DNA of 64,000 nucleotides from Dehalococcoidia bacterium (GCA_965215555.1 OZ244071.1:2517647-2581646); one strand, 5' to 3'. Shown: positions 46,907 to 56,597, counted from the first letter of the stretch. Made by a program: numbers and translations. Notes: a model not told the origin generated them from the sequence alone.

Positions 46907-47140
46907 CGATGCCGGACGCCCCGTGCTCGGCACGGGGCCCAGACCTCGTCGGCTGAGCGTCGATGAAACGTCACCATCAACTCACCTGCCGCGCGGGACA
47001 TCGAACATGATTCGACAGTGAACTGTCTCCCGATGCCCCGTGCTTGACACGGGGCCCAGACCTCGTCGGTTGTGCGTCGATGAAACCTCACCAACAACTC
47101 ATCTGCCGCGCGGGGCATCGAGCTTGACTCGAGTGCGCGT
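46907..47140. repeat. Two tandem copies of an about 115-bp structured repeat (each with hairpin gccccgtgc-NNN-gcacggggc and outer inverted ends gatgcc...ggcatc)
   Basis: Unit 1 at 46907-47030 and unit 2 at 47031-47140 are about 88% identical. Lies between convergent gene ends. Confidence 0.65.
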
Positions 47141-47145
47141 TGATC

Positions 47146-48684
47146 TCAACTGCCTTCGACAGACGCCAACGAGACCACCTCGGTGTCAGGATGGAACGCC
47201 TGCCAGGCGAACCAGAAATGGTCCGAGTGAATCACCCGAGTGAGCTGCGAACCTTCGAGCTCGCCCCGAATCCCACGTCCAAAGATGTCCCAGATCGTGC
47301 CGGTCTCGGCATCGACAAACGTCTGACCTGCTTCATCATCGGGATTGGGAGCAAAGGTCAACGACCGACCATCCAGCGACGATTCAAACACCGCCGTCGT
47401 TCCAACCTCTCGCCCATCGCGCAAGATTCCCGAATCGAGAATCGAGGTCGCGCCCGGCGTCCAGAACACGACCAGGTCGATGCCGTCGAACGAATCGTGA
47501 AGCACGCCCTGAGCCGACACCGCCGACCACGCATACGCGATCGCCGCCCCCGACCGTCCTTCGATGCTCACGACACGTTCCGCCGGAGGCAGCCGCTCAT
47601 CAATGCTGTCGCGGTCGAAGAAGAATGTGTAGGGACCGCCATTCTCGGGATCGTCATAGCCGCGGTACGGATTCTGACCGTACGACCGGGCCCAACCGGT
47701 ATCGCGAGACATCACCAACGCGTCGGGATAGGCGAATCGCAACTGACCCAGGGTGACCACCGTCGCCGGCACATAGCTGAGCCGCGCCCCAACCATCCGG
47801 CCGACAATCGCCCGACCCGATGACTGTTGCCACAGAGACTCGGTATTGCGGTCGTACATGACCAGGTCGGAATTGCGCAGCAGACCCGAGACGCCAAATT
47901 TGTAGACCTCTTCGCCAATCTGCGACTCAAACGCAATCGCCGTGTTGCACAGCGGACAGAAGGTCACCGTCACGGGCATGCCGCCAATGACATCGTTGAC
48001 GATCTCGTGCCAGGTCAGAATCTCCAGCGGGAACGCCCGCACATCGCCGTTGACGTTCACCTGCACCATCGGCACGTTGTCGGTGTAGTAGTCCGACGCC
48101 TCCAGGATCGACACATACAGCGGGCCGGAGATCGCTGGGATCGCGTCGCGACCAGCGCCCTGCGAAATCTCGGCGAAATCAACGATCCTGATCCCCCACG
48201 CCGTCCCCCAGTCGAGACCGAAGTACTGCGGCCGTTCGGAGTCGCGAATGATCGGGATGCCCTCTGGCGTCTCTGTCGCGTCCAGCGGCAAGTATGTGTC
48301 TGCCACCATCGCCTGATCAGCCGTCTGCTGCTGAGCGTCCTGTGGCTGGGCCTGACGCTGCTGATGCTGCTGCGCCTGCTGGCTCTGTTGATCTTGTGCG
48401 GACTGTTGTTGCGTGAGCTGCGAGCCTGCCTGCTCGGATTCCTCTACCGCCTGTGCAGCGGACGCTTGACGGCCCTGCTCATCCTGCTCACCTTGCGCAT
48501 CCTGCTCGACATCTTGCGCGACCTGGTTCTGTCGCTCTTCGGTGCCGCCCGCGGACTGTTGCTGAGCCATCTCCTCGATGTCGTCGCTGCACCCCACCAG
48601 CGTCAGTCCGACGACCGCGATGGCTATCCCCGCTGTACCGACCGTTCGCGCAAAGTTTCGTATGATTTCCATAGCCCTGAGCAT
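47146..48684 (-). CDS. DUF3179-domain lipoprotein with Q-rich linker
   Basis: Lipobox LTLVGCSD, then about 100 aa Q/E/A-rich. TVTFCPLCNTA (the PLCN hallmark of DUF3179). Confidence 0.7.
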   Translation of the reverse strand: MLRAMEIIRNFARTVGTAGIAIAVVGLTLVGCSDDIEEMAQQQSAGGTEERQNQVAQDVEQDAQGEQDEQGRQASAAQAVEESEQAGSQLTQQQSAQDQQSQQAQQHQQRQAQPQDAQQQTADQAMVADTYLPLDATETPEGIPIIRDSERPQYFGLDWGTAWGIRIVDFAEISQGAGRDAIPAISGPLYVSILEASDYYTDNVPMVQVNVNGDVRAFPLEILTWHEIVNDVIGGMPVTVTFCPLCNTAIAFESQIGEEVYKFGVSGLLRNSDLVMYDRNTESLWQQSSGRAIVGRMVGARLSYVPATVVTLGQLRFAYPDALVMSRDTGWARSYGQNPYRGYDDPENGGPYTFFFDRDSIDERLPPAERVVSIEGRSGAAIAYAWSAVSAQGVLHDSFDGIDLVVFWTPGATSILDSGILRDGREVGTTAVFESSLDGRSLTFAPNPDDEAGQTFVDAETGTIWDIFGRGIRGELEGSQLTRVIHSDHFWFAWQAFHPDTEVVSLASVEGS

Positions 48685-48763
48685 ACGCGCCGACCTAATG
48701 ATCAGCGACTCGCTCGGGGTTGGATTTGCAAGCTCACATCTCGCTCGAACTCGGAGCGCCCCT

Positions 48764-49198
48764 ATGTCTGCCGACGAATCGAGTCAAGACTCCTCCAACG
48801 ATCGCGGCGCCGTGCTCGAAGCCAATCGTGCGTTCTATGAGGCATTCAACGCTCGTGACATCGAAGCCATGGCCGACCTCTGGCAACGCGGCGACGACGT
48901 GACCTGCATTCACCCGCACCGCAACGTGACCAGGGGACATGCCGACATCCAACGCACCTGGCGCGCCATCCTGACGAACCCGGACCAGCCCAAGATTGTC
49001 TTCGCCGCTGAGGAAGCACGAGTCGTCGGCGATATTGGCATCGTCGCCGGACGCGAGGTCGTGGCCGGCGTGCCGATCGTCGCCACCAACATCTACCAAC
49101 GCTCGCAGAGCGCCGACCTGACCGACAACGCTGACACACCGGACAACACCTGGCTGCTAATCCATCATCACGGCAGCCCGGTCCTGCATACCGACTAA
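48764..49198 (+). CDS. NTF2-like / SnoaL-like small protein (DUF4440-type)
   Basis: LEANRAFYEAFNARDIEAMADLW typical of SnoaL-like folds. ATG 48764 is in frame within ORF 48578..49198. Confidence 0.55.
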   Translation: MSADESSQDSSNDRGAVLEANRAFYEAFNARDIEAMADLWQRGDDVTCIHPHRNVTRGHADIQRTWRAILTNPDQPKIVFAAEEARVVGDIGIVAGREVVAGVPIVATNIYQRSQSADLTDNADTPDNTWLLIHHHGSPVLHTD

Positions 49199-49247
49199 CC
49201 CCACCGCCCATCGCCAAAGAGCACGAACAAGCACGAAAGAGCACGCC

Positions 49248-49721
49248 ATGCCCGTCACTCTCGCCAAAGGCGACCAGGCGCCCGACTTCCAACTCCCCGA
49301 CCAGGACGGCAAGACGCACAAGCTTGCCGATTATGCCGGTCAGACCGTGGTCCTCTACTTCTATCCCCGCGACGACACCCCAGGTTGCACCAAGCAGGCC
49401 TGCTCCTTGCGCGACGACATGTCCGAGATCCAGGCCGAGGGAGCGGTCGTACTCGGCGTCTCAGCCGACGACGCCGACTCACACCAACAGTTCCGCGCCA
49501 AGTACGATCTCAACTTCCCGCTGCTGGTTGATTCCGATACAGAAGTCTCGACCAGTTACGGCGCCTGGGGGGAAAAGACGCTCTACGGGCGCAAGAGCAT
49601 AGGCATGACCCGTGCTACCTTCATCATCGGACCGGATGGCGTGCTGACGAAAGTCTGGAAACGCGCCAAGGCCGCCGATCATGGCCAAGCGGTCCTCAAG
49701 GCCTTGCGGGCAGGCCGTTAA
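49248..49721 (+). CDS. bcp: Peroxiredoxin Bcp (thioredoxin-dependent thiol peroxidase)
   Basis: GDQAPDFQLPDQDGKTHKLADYAGQTVVLYFYPRDDTPGCT. Confidence 0.85.
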   Translation: MPVTLAKGDQAPDFQLPDQDGKTHKLADYAGQTVVLYFYPRDDTPGCTKQACSLRDDMSEIQAEGAVVLGVSADDADSHQQFRAKYDLNFPLLVDSDTEVSTSYGAWGEKTLYGRKSIGMTRATFIIGPDGVLTKVWKRAKAADHGQAVLKALRAGR

Positions 49722-49754
49722 GTAACCACTCGTCCGCCTAGATCGAGTCCCCTC

Positions 49755-52175
49755 ATGACACGGTTCTTCAAACAGGCGCTCGGCGCCGGTCTTGCGTTGC
49801 TCGTGGCCGCGGCCATACTGATCGGCTGCTCGGACGATGATCAGGCTCAGCAGCAACAACAGCAACAGGAGCAGCAGTCGAGTACGGCTGCGTCGACTCC
49901 ATCGAGCTCGTCCCAGGATCAGGACCAGCAACAGCAGCAACAAGAACAACCGCAGCAGCAACAGCAGCAGCGGATGGTGTCAGGCGAGCCGCTCAAGATC
50001 GTCGTCTCGACCCAAGTGATCGCCGATTGGGTGCGCCAGGTCGGTGGCGAGAACGTCGAGGTCATTGCCCTCGTTCCCGCCGGCGCCGACGCACACACGA
50101 TCGAGCTGAGCGTCGCTGACATCCGTGCCGTCGCAGACGCCGACCTCGTGATCATCAACGGAGCCGGCCTCGAGGCCTCATACGAGGACGCCGTCCTCGA
50201 GAATGCCGACCACGTTCTCAACCTCGCCGAAGCGATCGAAGAGGCCGGCTTTGAGCTCGCACCGTTCGGTGCCACGGAGATGGCTCACGACGACCATGAT
50301 GACCACGACGACCACGACGACCACGGCGACGAAGAAATGCACGACGACGATCACGGTTCGGCCGAGGCCATCGGCAGACTGTTGATCGCTGACGCGATTG
50401 AGGCGCATCTCTCCGTCATCGACCTCTCACACGAGGAAGTCGACAGCGGACTGTTCTCGATTGCCGCCCCAGGCGCCCGAGTCTTGCCAAGTCCGACTCA
50501 CCGTTACGGCTTCGTCCTCGCGCGTGGACCTGAAGACAACGACGACCGCGTCCACATCTTCGACGGTGGCCTGTTCCTGGTTGAGCACGGAGACCACTTC
50601 GACCTGGTCCGGGAACCGGTCAGCCGCCACTCGCTCGAGATCGTCGAAGAGAACCCGATTCACTACGTCAACAGCCACGGCTGGACGGCGATCTTCGCCG
50701 ACACCAGCGGTCACGTGATCCTGATCAACGAAGCCGATCTGACCAGCGCCACGGGCGACTACGAGCCGATCGTGCTCGAGGCTGGACCGCACCACGGCGC
50801 AGCGCTGGTCATGACCGACGAACACGTTGTGGTCACGACCAAGAACACCGACGATCTGGAAGACGCACTGCCGTTCGGCGTCGAGGTTCGCACCTTCGAC
50901 GACGAGGTCGTCTACGACGCCAGCAACCGCTCTTGCCCAGGCATGCACGGCGAGTCGCACAACGAGCATGGAGCGGCCTTCGGCTGCATCGGCGGCGTGC
51001 TCTTCCTGCACGCTCACGATGGTGAGTACGAGCATGAGTTCATCGCCAATCCGCCCGAGATGCGCGAAGAGTCACGAATCGGCTCGGTCTACGGACACCA
51101 CCACGTCGAGCACTTCTTCGGCAAGGCCTCTTACTTCGATGGCCAGGGCTTCGCTGACGACGGCATCTGGCTGATAGACGTCGCCCACGGCGAAATGAGC
51201 CAGGTGTTCAGCGAACCGAGCGTTTCGGCGAAGTTCTCCAGCGATGGCGAAATGCTGTACGTGCTCGGCACTGACGGCATCCTCCATGCGCTCGACGCGC
51301 ATGACGGCGAGCTGCTCGACACCATGGAGCTGGTCGCGCCGGGCGAAGCTGGAAATCCCGCCATGATCATCGTTGGCGAGATGATGTACGTCGCCGACCC
51401 GAACAGCGGTCATGTCCTTGCCGTGCACCTCCACGACATGGAGATCGAAGAGGAATGGGAAGTCGGTGGCGCACCGTCGAGCTTGGCTTTCGTTGGCGTA
51501 GTTGATTCGCACGACTCGCCCGACGCCGGCCACGACGACCACGACGAAGAAGAGCACGAACAGGACGATCACGGCCACGACGACGAGGAAGATCACGAGC
51601 AGGATGATCACGGCCACGACGACGAGGACGATCACGAGCAGGATGATCACGGGCACGCCCACGATCATGGCGACGAGGATCCGCACTTCTGGTTCGACGC
51701 CGACCTGGCCGCTGTCGCCATTGAGGCAATCGCCGTAGAACTCAGCCACCTGAACCCGGGTGCCGCTGACACCTTCAGCGACCGTCTCGACCTCTACCTC
51801 GCCCAAATCGAGGAAGCCGACGCTGAAGTGCGTGCGCTGCTCGAAGGTGTGACCGACACCCAGCGTCTACTGGTCACGTTCCATGATGCATTCGGCTACT
51901 TCGCCCGCCGCTACGGCCTCGAGATCGCCGGCTTCGTTGTCGAGGGACCAGAGCAGGGGATTAGCGCAGGGGCGTTAACTGAGCTGATCGAACTCATCGA
52001 ACACGAAGGCGTGGAAACGGTCTTCCATGAGCCACAGTTCGACTCAGCGATCCTCGACACCGTCGCCGACGAAACTGGAGCTGGTCGCGGAATCATCTGG
52101 TCGCAGCCGACCGAAGACAACCCGACTTACATCGGCATCCTCGTTGGCAACGCGAAGGCCATCGCCGAGCAGTAA
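49755..52175 (+). CDS. ZnuA/TroA-like metal-binding lipoprotein (SBP family 9) carrying a roughly 400-aa insertion flanked by two His/Asp-rich tracts
   Basis: Lipobox LIGCSDDD plus a Q-rich linker. N-lobe KIVVSTQVIADWVRQVGGENVEVIALVP..DAHTIE. C-lobe DPHFWFD...FHDAFGYFARRYGLE...HEPQF. Between them, from the first His/Asp tract (50285-50345) to DPHFW, lie about 440 aa including a repeat-containing domain and the His-rich coding repeats at 51527-51690. Confidence 0.7.
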   Translation: MTRFFKQALGAGLALLVAAAILIGCSDDDQAQQQQQQQEQQSSTAASTPSSSSQDQDQQQQQQEQPQQQQQQRMVSGEPLKIVVSTQVIADWVRQVGGENVEVIALVPAGADAHTIELSVADIRAVADADLVIINGAGLEASYEDAVLENADHVLNLAEAIEEAGFELAPFGATEMAHDDHDDHDDHDDHGDEEMHDDDHGSAEAIGRLLIADAIEAHLSVIDLSHEEVDSGLFSIAAPGARVLPSPTHRYGFVLARGPEDNDDRVHIFDGGLFLVEHGDHFDLVREPVSRHSLEIVEENPIHYVNSHGWTAIFADTSGHVILINEADLTSATGDYEPIVLEAGPHHGAALVMTDEHVVVTTKNTDDLEDALPFGVEVRTFDDEVVYDASNRSCPGMHGESHNEHGAAFGCIGGVLFLHAHDGEYEHEFIANPPEMREESRIGSVYGHHHVEHFFGKASYFDGQGFADDGIWLIDVAHGEMSQVFSEPSVSAKFSSDGEMLYVLGTDGILHALDAHDGELLDTMELVAPGEAGNPAMIIVGEMMYVADPNSGHVLAVHLHDMEIEEEWEVGGAPSSLAFVGVVDSHDSPDAGHDDHDEEEHEQDDHGHDDEEDHEQDDHGHDDEDDHEQDDHGHAHDHGDEDPHFWFDADLAAVAIEAIAVELSHLNPGAADTFSDRLDLYLAQIEEADAEVRALLEGVTDTQRLLVTFHDAFGYFARRYGLEIAGFVVEGPEQGISAGALTELIELIEHEGVETVFHEPQFDSAILDTVADETGAGRGIIWSQPTEDNPTYIGILVGNAKAIAEQ

Positions 52176-52205
52176 GTCGACCATTGGCAGCTAGGCTGAA
52201 CAGCG

Positions 52206-52784
52206 ATGTCAGATCGACTCGCAACACCTCAGCCGAAGCAGTCCAAGCACAACATGGTCTGGATCGACCTCGAAATGACGGGGCTCGATCCAGGCCGTGA
52301 CGTGATCATCGAAGCCGCCGTCCTGATCACCGACGCCGAACTCAACATCATCGCTGACGGCCCAGACTTCGCGATTCAACGCAGCAAAGAAGAACTCAGC
52401 GTGATGAACGCCTGGAATCGGCGCACCCATTACGGCTCTGGGTTAATCAAGCGAGTCAACGCCTCCGATGTGACCATCGAGCAGGCTGAAGAGGAAATCC
52501 TCGAATTCGTCCGGCAGTGGACGACCGAAGGCGACGCGCCCCTCTGCGGTAACTCCGTCCATCAAGACAAGCGGTTCCTGTATCTGGAGATGCCGCGTCT
52601 GGTTGAGTGGCTCAACTACCGAATCGTCGATGTCTCGACCGTCAAAGAACTGGCCAAGCGTTGGTATCCGGACCTGGAGAAGTTCGTCAAGCAGGAACAA
52701 CACCGAGCCATGGATGACATCCGCGAGTCCATCGACGAATTGCGCTGGTATCGGCAGCAGATCTTCAAGAACGCTGAACAGTAA
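52206..52784 (+). CDS. orn: Oligoribonuclease
   Basis: MVWIDLEMTGLDP..., CGNSVHQDKRFL..., DEDI exonuclease motifs. Confidence 0.9.
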   Translation: MSDRLATPQPKQSKHNMVWIDLEMTGLDPGRDVIIEAAVLITDAELNIIADGPDFAIQRSKEELSVMNAWNRRTHYGSGLIKRVNASDVTIEQAEEEILEFVRQWTTEGDAPLCGNSVHQDKRFLYLEMPRLVEWLNYRIVDVSTVKELAKRWYPDLEKFVKQEQHRAMDDIRESIDELRWYRQQIFKNAEQ

Positions 52785-52801
52785 GCGCCGGCGTCTGCCG
52801 C

Positions 52802-53791
52802 CTACTCTCGCCAGGGTGCCAATCGGGAACCGACACGGCAACACGCACCCCAGCACACTCCCCCGAGTAGGCAGCACATCCCCCAACACACGCGAGGAGT
52901 GCGTTGCCATCCGGGAAAGTCTCCACCCTGGCCGACAGCCGCGCTCAGGCCGAAGTTGGGCAGCGCCTCGCGTAAGCCTCGTGGGCTGAGCACAAAGATG
53001 ATCCCCAGCAGCAAGACCGCAGTGAGCACGATCGAGGGTCCGGCCGCAAAGTCGAGGTGGAACGACGCATACAGGCCAAGCACCGTCGACACGATGCCGA
53101 TCAATGCCGCAAACAGCATCATTGTGGTCAACTGGCGGGAGATCAGCACCGATGCCGCGGCCGGAGTCACTAGCATCGCCACCGCCAGAATCACGCCGAC
53201 CAGCCGAAACGCGACCACGGTCGCCAGTGCGATCAGGACCAGTAGTCCGATCTGCATCAGTGTCACCGGCACGCCCGAGACCTCGGCCACCTCTGGGTCA
53301 TAGGCGGTAAACCGCAGCTCGGGCAGGAACGCCAACACCGCGATCAGCACCACGCCCGTCAGGATCGCCATCACGATCAGATCAGTCCACGACGCGCCCA
53401 GGATGTGCCCAACCAGCAACGAGCCCAGATCAACCGCGAACGTTCGCTGCCGAGAGATCAGCAGCACGCCCAGGGCGAAGAACCCGGCGAACATGATCCC
53501 AATCGCTGTGTCTTCTCGCAGCCGACCGCGAAGCGTCAGCAGCGCGACGCCCAGCGCTGTCAACACCGCCGCGATGCCCGCGCCGAGCGTAATCAGGACC
53601 GTGCCACCGCCCAGCACCAACGCCACCGCCGCACCGGCGAGTTGCGTATGAGCCACCGCGTCGCCCAGAAATGCCAGGCCGCGCAGGACGACAAACACGC
53701 CAACCATGCCCGCAGCCACCGACACCACGATGCCAGCCAACAGGGCGCGCTGCATGAATTCAAACGACCACGGGTCAGTCAGCCAGTCCAC
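52802..53791 (-). CDS. Metal ABC transporter permease, ABC-3 family (ZnuB/TroC-like), with unusual Cys-rich C-terminal tail
   Basis: Typical ABC-3 TM pattern (LAFLGDAVAHTQLAG...). Last about 45 aa (CWGMCCLLGGVCWGACC) lie beyond the usual family length. Confidence 0.75.
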   Translation of the reverse strand: MDWLTDPWSFEFMQRALLAGIVVSVAAGMVGVFVVLRGLAFLGDAVAHTQLAGAAVALVLGGGTVLITLGAGIAAVLTALGVALLTLRGRLREDTAIGIMFAGFFALGVLLISRQRTFAVDLGSLLVGHILGASWTDLIVMAILTGVVLIAVLAFLPELRFTAYDPEVAEVSGVPVTLMQIGLLVLIALATVVAFRLVGVILAVAMLVTPAAASVLISRQLTTMMLFAALIGIVSTVLGLYASFHLDFAAGPSIVLTAVLLLGIIFVLSPRGLREALPNFGLSAAVGQGGDFPGWQRTPRVCWGMCCLLGGVCWGACCRVGSRLAPWRE

Positions 53792-53872
53792 GCTAGCTCT
53801 TGCTAGGCCCCGGTCTGCATCTCGCCACTACCATCAGCGAAGGCAGGCAACATCTACGGCGGAGGCCTCTAC

Positions 53873-54769
53873 ATGGTACTTGAACAACAGGTCACACTGA
53901 TCACTGGCGCATCCCGCGGCTTCGGCCTCGCCGCTGCGGAAGAACTGATCGATCGCGGTCACCTGGTCATTGCCACCATGCGCAATCCCGATCGTGATCG
54001 CAACAACCTCTCCAACCTCGATCCAGCGGCCTACGAGATCGCCCAATGCGATGTCACCGATCCTGCCTCGATCGACGCCGCCGTCAGCGCGGGACTCAAA
54101 CGCTTCGGCCGCGTCGACGCGCTCTTCAACAACGCCGGCTACGGACTCTACGGCCCGGTCGAGGACATGTCCGACGACGAAGTCATGCGCCAGATGGACA
54201 CTAACTTCATCGGCCAGATTCGTATGGCCCGAGCTGTCTTGCCCGCGATGCGAGACCAACACCACGGCAAGATCATCAATGTCTCCTCGCTCGCCGGACG
54301 TATCGTCGCGCCGATGATGGGTCTCTACGCGGCCTCAAAGTGGGCCGTCGAAGCCATGTCCGAAGCGCTGCGCTACGAAGTCTCGCGCTGGAACGTCGAT
54401 GTCACGATCCTCGAACCAGGCATGTACGCCTCCGACTGGCAGACGACCAACCTCGATGTCGCCGAGGCCGTACGCGAGGGGCGCTCGCCGTACCAGGAAT
54501 CCGCCGAGCACGCGCTCAACACATTCCGCACCAGAGCGGCAACCCGCCCCGGCTCCCGCTCCGTCGCCACGGCCGTCGCCGACATCGTCGAACTCGAACA
54601 GCAACTCCCCATGCGCTGGCCCGTCGGAGAAGACACCATCCAAACCATCCGCCTCCGAGAAGCCATGACCGACCAGGAATGGGAAGCCCGAGTCCGAGGA
54701 GACACCAAGATCTACCGAGGAGCCTTCTTCCACGGAGTCGAGAATCCCATGGAAGACAAACCCCGCTGA
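53873..54769 (+). CDS. SDR family oxidoreductase
   Basis: TGASRGFGLAAA Rossmann motif, NNAG, YAASK catalytic motif. Confidence 0.85.
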   Translation: MVLEQQVTLITGASRGFGLAAAEELIDRGHLVIATMRNPDRDRNNLSNLDPAAYEIAQCDVTDPASIDAAVSAGLKRFGRVDALFNNAGYGLYGPVEDMSDDEVMRQMDTNFIGQIRMARAVLPAMRDQHHGKIINVSSLAGRIVAPMMGLYAASKWAVEAMSEALRYEVSRWNVDVTILEPGMYASDWQTTNLDVAEAVREGRSPYQESAEHALNTFRTRAATRPGSRSVATAVADIVELEQQLPMRWPVGEDTIQTIRLREAMTDQEWEARVRGDTKIYRGAFFHGVENPMEDKPR

Positions 54770-54794
54770 GGGTGTCTCACACGTCAGCACTCCC

Positions 54795-54891
54795 AGTCCC
54801 CGCTTCACGCGGGGACCTGCTCCTTCCCCGGTAAGATACCCACCACCAGATAGCCCGTACCGCCCGAGCGGGTCCCCGCGTGAAGCGGGGA
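54795..54891. repeat. Structured about 97-bp inverted-arm element, copy 2 (same family as 36217-36313)
   Basis: Arms agtccccgcttcacgcggggacctgctcc / gggtccccgcgtgaagcggggact. Single mirrored substitution relative to copy 1. Confidence 0.6.
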
Positions 54892-54996
54892 CTGTGTCTC
54901 ATCCAACTGGGTTAACTTGTGAGGCACCCTCCGCTGGGTCATCCTCCCCTACTTCCGTTCCTCTCGCCCCAAGGGAGAAGTACCCGACTCTCACTT

Positions 54997-55121
54997 CCAG
55001 TCCCCTCTCCCCGAGGGAGAGGGTTAGGGTGAGGGCCAGCCCAGGCCAAAGGGTGAATCCCACCAGGCAGACAGACAGAACGGGGAACCCTCACCCCAGC
55101 CCTCTCCCAGAGGGAGAGGGG
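54997..55121. repeat. Two inverted copies of the ccctctccc-NNNN-gggagaggg-ttagggtgaggg REP element
   Basis: Copy a at 54997-55035 (forward) and copy b at 55084-55121 (reverse complement). Other family members at 18644-18682 and 32297-32332, plus the tandem copies at 40174-40297. Confidence 0.6.
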
Positions 55122-55146
55122 GTTGTCAATTGGTCGCCCTCCGAAC

Positions 55147-55737
55147 CTACCCGTGCTTACCGACGCTCCAGCCCGCCTGCGCCAGGTGCGCATCCGAGAA
55201 CTCCACGGCGTCCGGCTCCAGCTCGTTCGCCAACGTGTCGTTGAACCGATTGAGGAATCCGAACATCGAGACCACGCTGACGATCTCAACGATCTCCGAC
55301 TCGCTCCAGTGCTTGGCCAATTCCTCGAACTGCTCATCGGTCGCTGCATTCGGGACGACGCCGGAGTCACGCGCCACGCGCAAGGCCGCGCGTTCGGCGT
55401 CGCTGAACAGATCTGACGTCTCAAACGACCAGACCGCCTCGACGCGGTCGTAGGTTTCGCCTGCCAGCGTGTGGGCGAAGTGACCGGTGTGCGCCTGGCA
55501 GTACAGACATCCCGCCGATCGCGAGACCACATGCGCGATGAGTTGCTTCAGTCCCGCCGGCACGTCGCCCTCACGCATGATCGAACCGAAGAACGGCTGA
55601 AACGCCTCAAGAATCTTCGGGCGTCGGCCGAGTACGTGGAACGAAGTTGGGATCGTGATCCCGGCCTCCTGCATCGGCGCCAGAAACGGCGCGGCCTCCA
55701 TCAGTTCGGCGCTAGTCAGTGGGGTCACGCGGTTCAT
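55147..55737 (-). CDS. Carboxymuconolactone-decarboxylase / AhpD-like peroxidase-related protein
   Basis: CLYCQAH (Cxx[CH]) core motif. 196 aa. Start overlaps the stop of the upstream methyltransferase (ATGA). Confidence 0.75.
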   Translation of the reverse strand: MNRVTPLTSAELMEAAPFLAPMQEAGITIPTSFHVLGRRPKILEAFQPFFGSIMREGDVPAGLKQLIAHVVSRSAGCLYCQAHTGHFAHTLAGETYDRVEAVWSFETSDLFSDAERAALRVARDSGVVPNAATDEQFEELAKHWSESEIVEIVSVVSMFGFLNRFNDTLANELEPDAVEFSDAHLAQAGWSVGKHG

Positions 55738-56597
55738 CGGGTCCTCCAGCGAATCAGTTGCTGTGTCGGTCGATCAGGAAGTGCCCAGCGACCATCTTCT
55801 TCGACCAGTATCGCGTCTATCGCCTCGCGCAGAAGAGGCAGCTTGGCCGAGTCCTCCGCCAACCACAAGCGCCGACGCCCCCACTGCAGCGCCTCATCGA
55901 ACGAGTCGAACGACCAGCGAACCCGCGTCGATCCAGCGATCGGCGACACATCGACCGTCGCACCGCGTGCCCGCAACAGCGCCACGAGGTCCTCCCCGCC
56001 TGGCAATTGGACATGTTCCTCGTCGTGCACCATCGGCCACGCCTGCCAAAACAGCGACCCCGGCGCGCGGTCAAACGTCAACGCCATACACTCACGCCGC
56101 GCCGACCGATCCAGCGTGTCCAGAAACTCGGCGATCTGCTCGATGTCATAACCGACGTGGGAAATCAGCGCCACATCGGCAATCTCGTCCAACGCAGGAT
56201 CGTCAGTCGGCCATCGCTCGTCACGGATATCGACCTTGAAGATGCCGTGCTCGGTCTGGAGCTGCGCCAGTTCGGCCCGCATCGCAGGTGATGGCTCGAC
56301 CGCGATCACGCGGGCGACATGCAGCGCCAACGGCAGCGCGAACCGTCCCGCGCCAGCACCGACGTCGAGCCAGACATCGGTCGGCTCAGACAGCGCGCGC
56401 AGCGCGTCGAGGGCAGGGTCATCGCTGCGACGCGGGTCAGCTCGAAACGCGCTCGCGAGCGGGCGATAATGATCGCCGCCGTCCGATTCTTCACGTAGAC
56501 GCTCAGCCTGCTCCCGATTCCCCGCGACACGCTCAGCCCACGTTTGCGTCAACCGTTGCGCCGTTTGACCGTTGGCGCTGGAGTAAACTTCGCTCAT
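55734..56597 (-). CDS. Class I SAM-dependent methyltransferase
   Basis: LDVGAGAGRFALPLA motif I. Start taken at ATG 56597 (MSEVYSS). The longer ORF would overlap PAC2 by 47 nt. Confidence 0.65.
   Translation of the reverse strand: MSEVYSSANGQTAQRLTQTWAERVAGNREQAERLREESDGGDHYRPLASAFRADPRRSDDPALDALRALSEPTDVWLDVGAGAGRFALPLALHVARVIAVEPSPAMRAELAQLQTEHGIFKVDIRDERWPTDDPALDEIADVALISHVGYDIEQIAEFLDTLDRSARRECMALTFDRAPGSLFWQAWPMVHDEEHVQLPGGEDLVALLRARGATVDVSPIAGSTRVRWSFDSFDEALQWGRRRLWLAEDSAKLPLLREAIDAILVEEDGRWALPDRPTQQLIRWRTR

Noticed and set aside
46903-47118. 71-aa ORF on the minus strand with internally repeated peptide
   Set aside because: It simply translates the two tandem 115-bp structured repeats, so the peptide appears twice. 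The region is intergenic between convergent genes.
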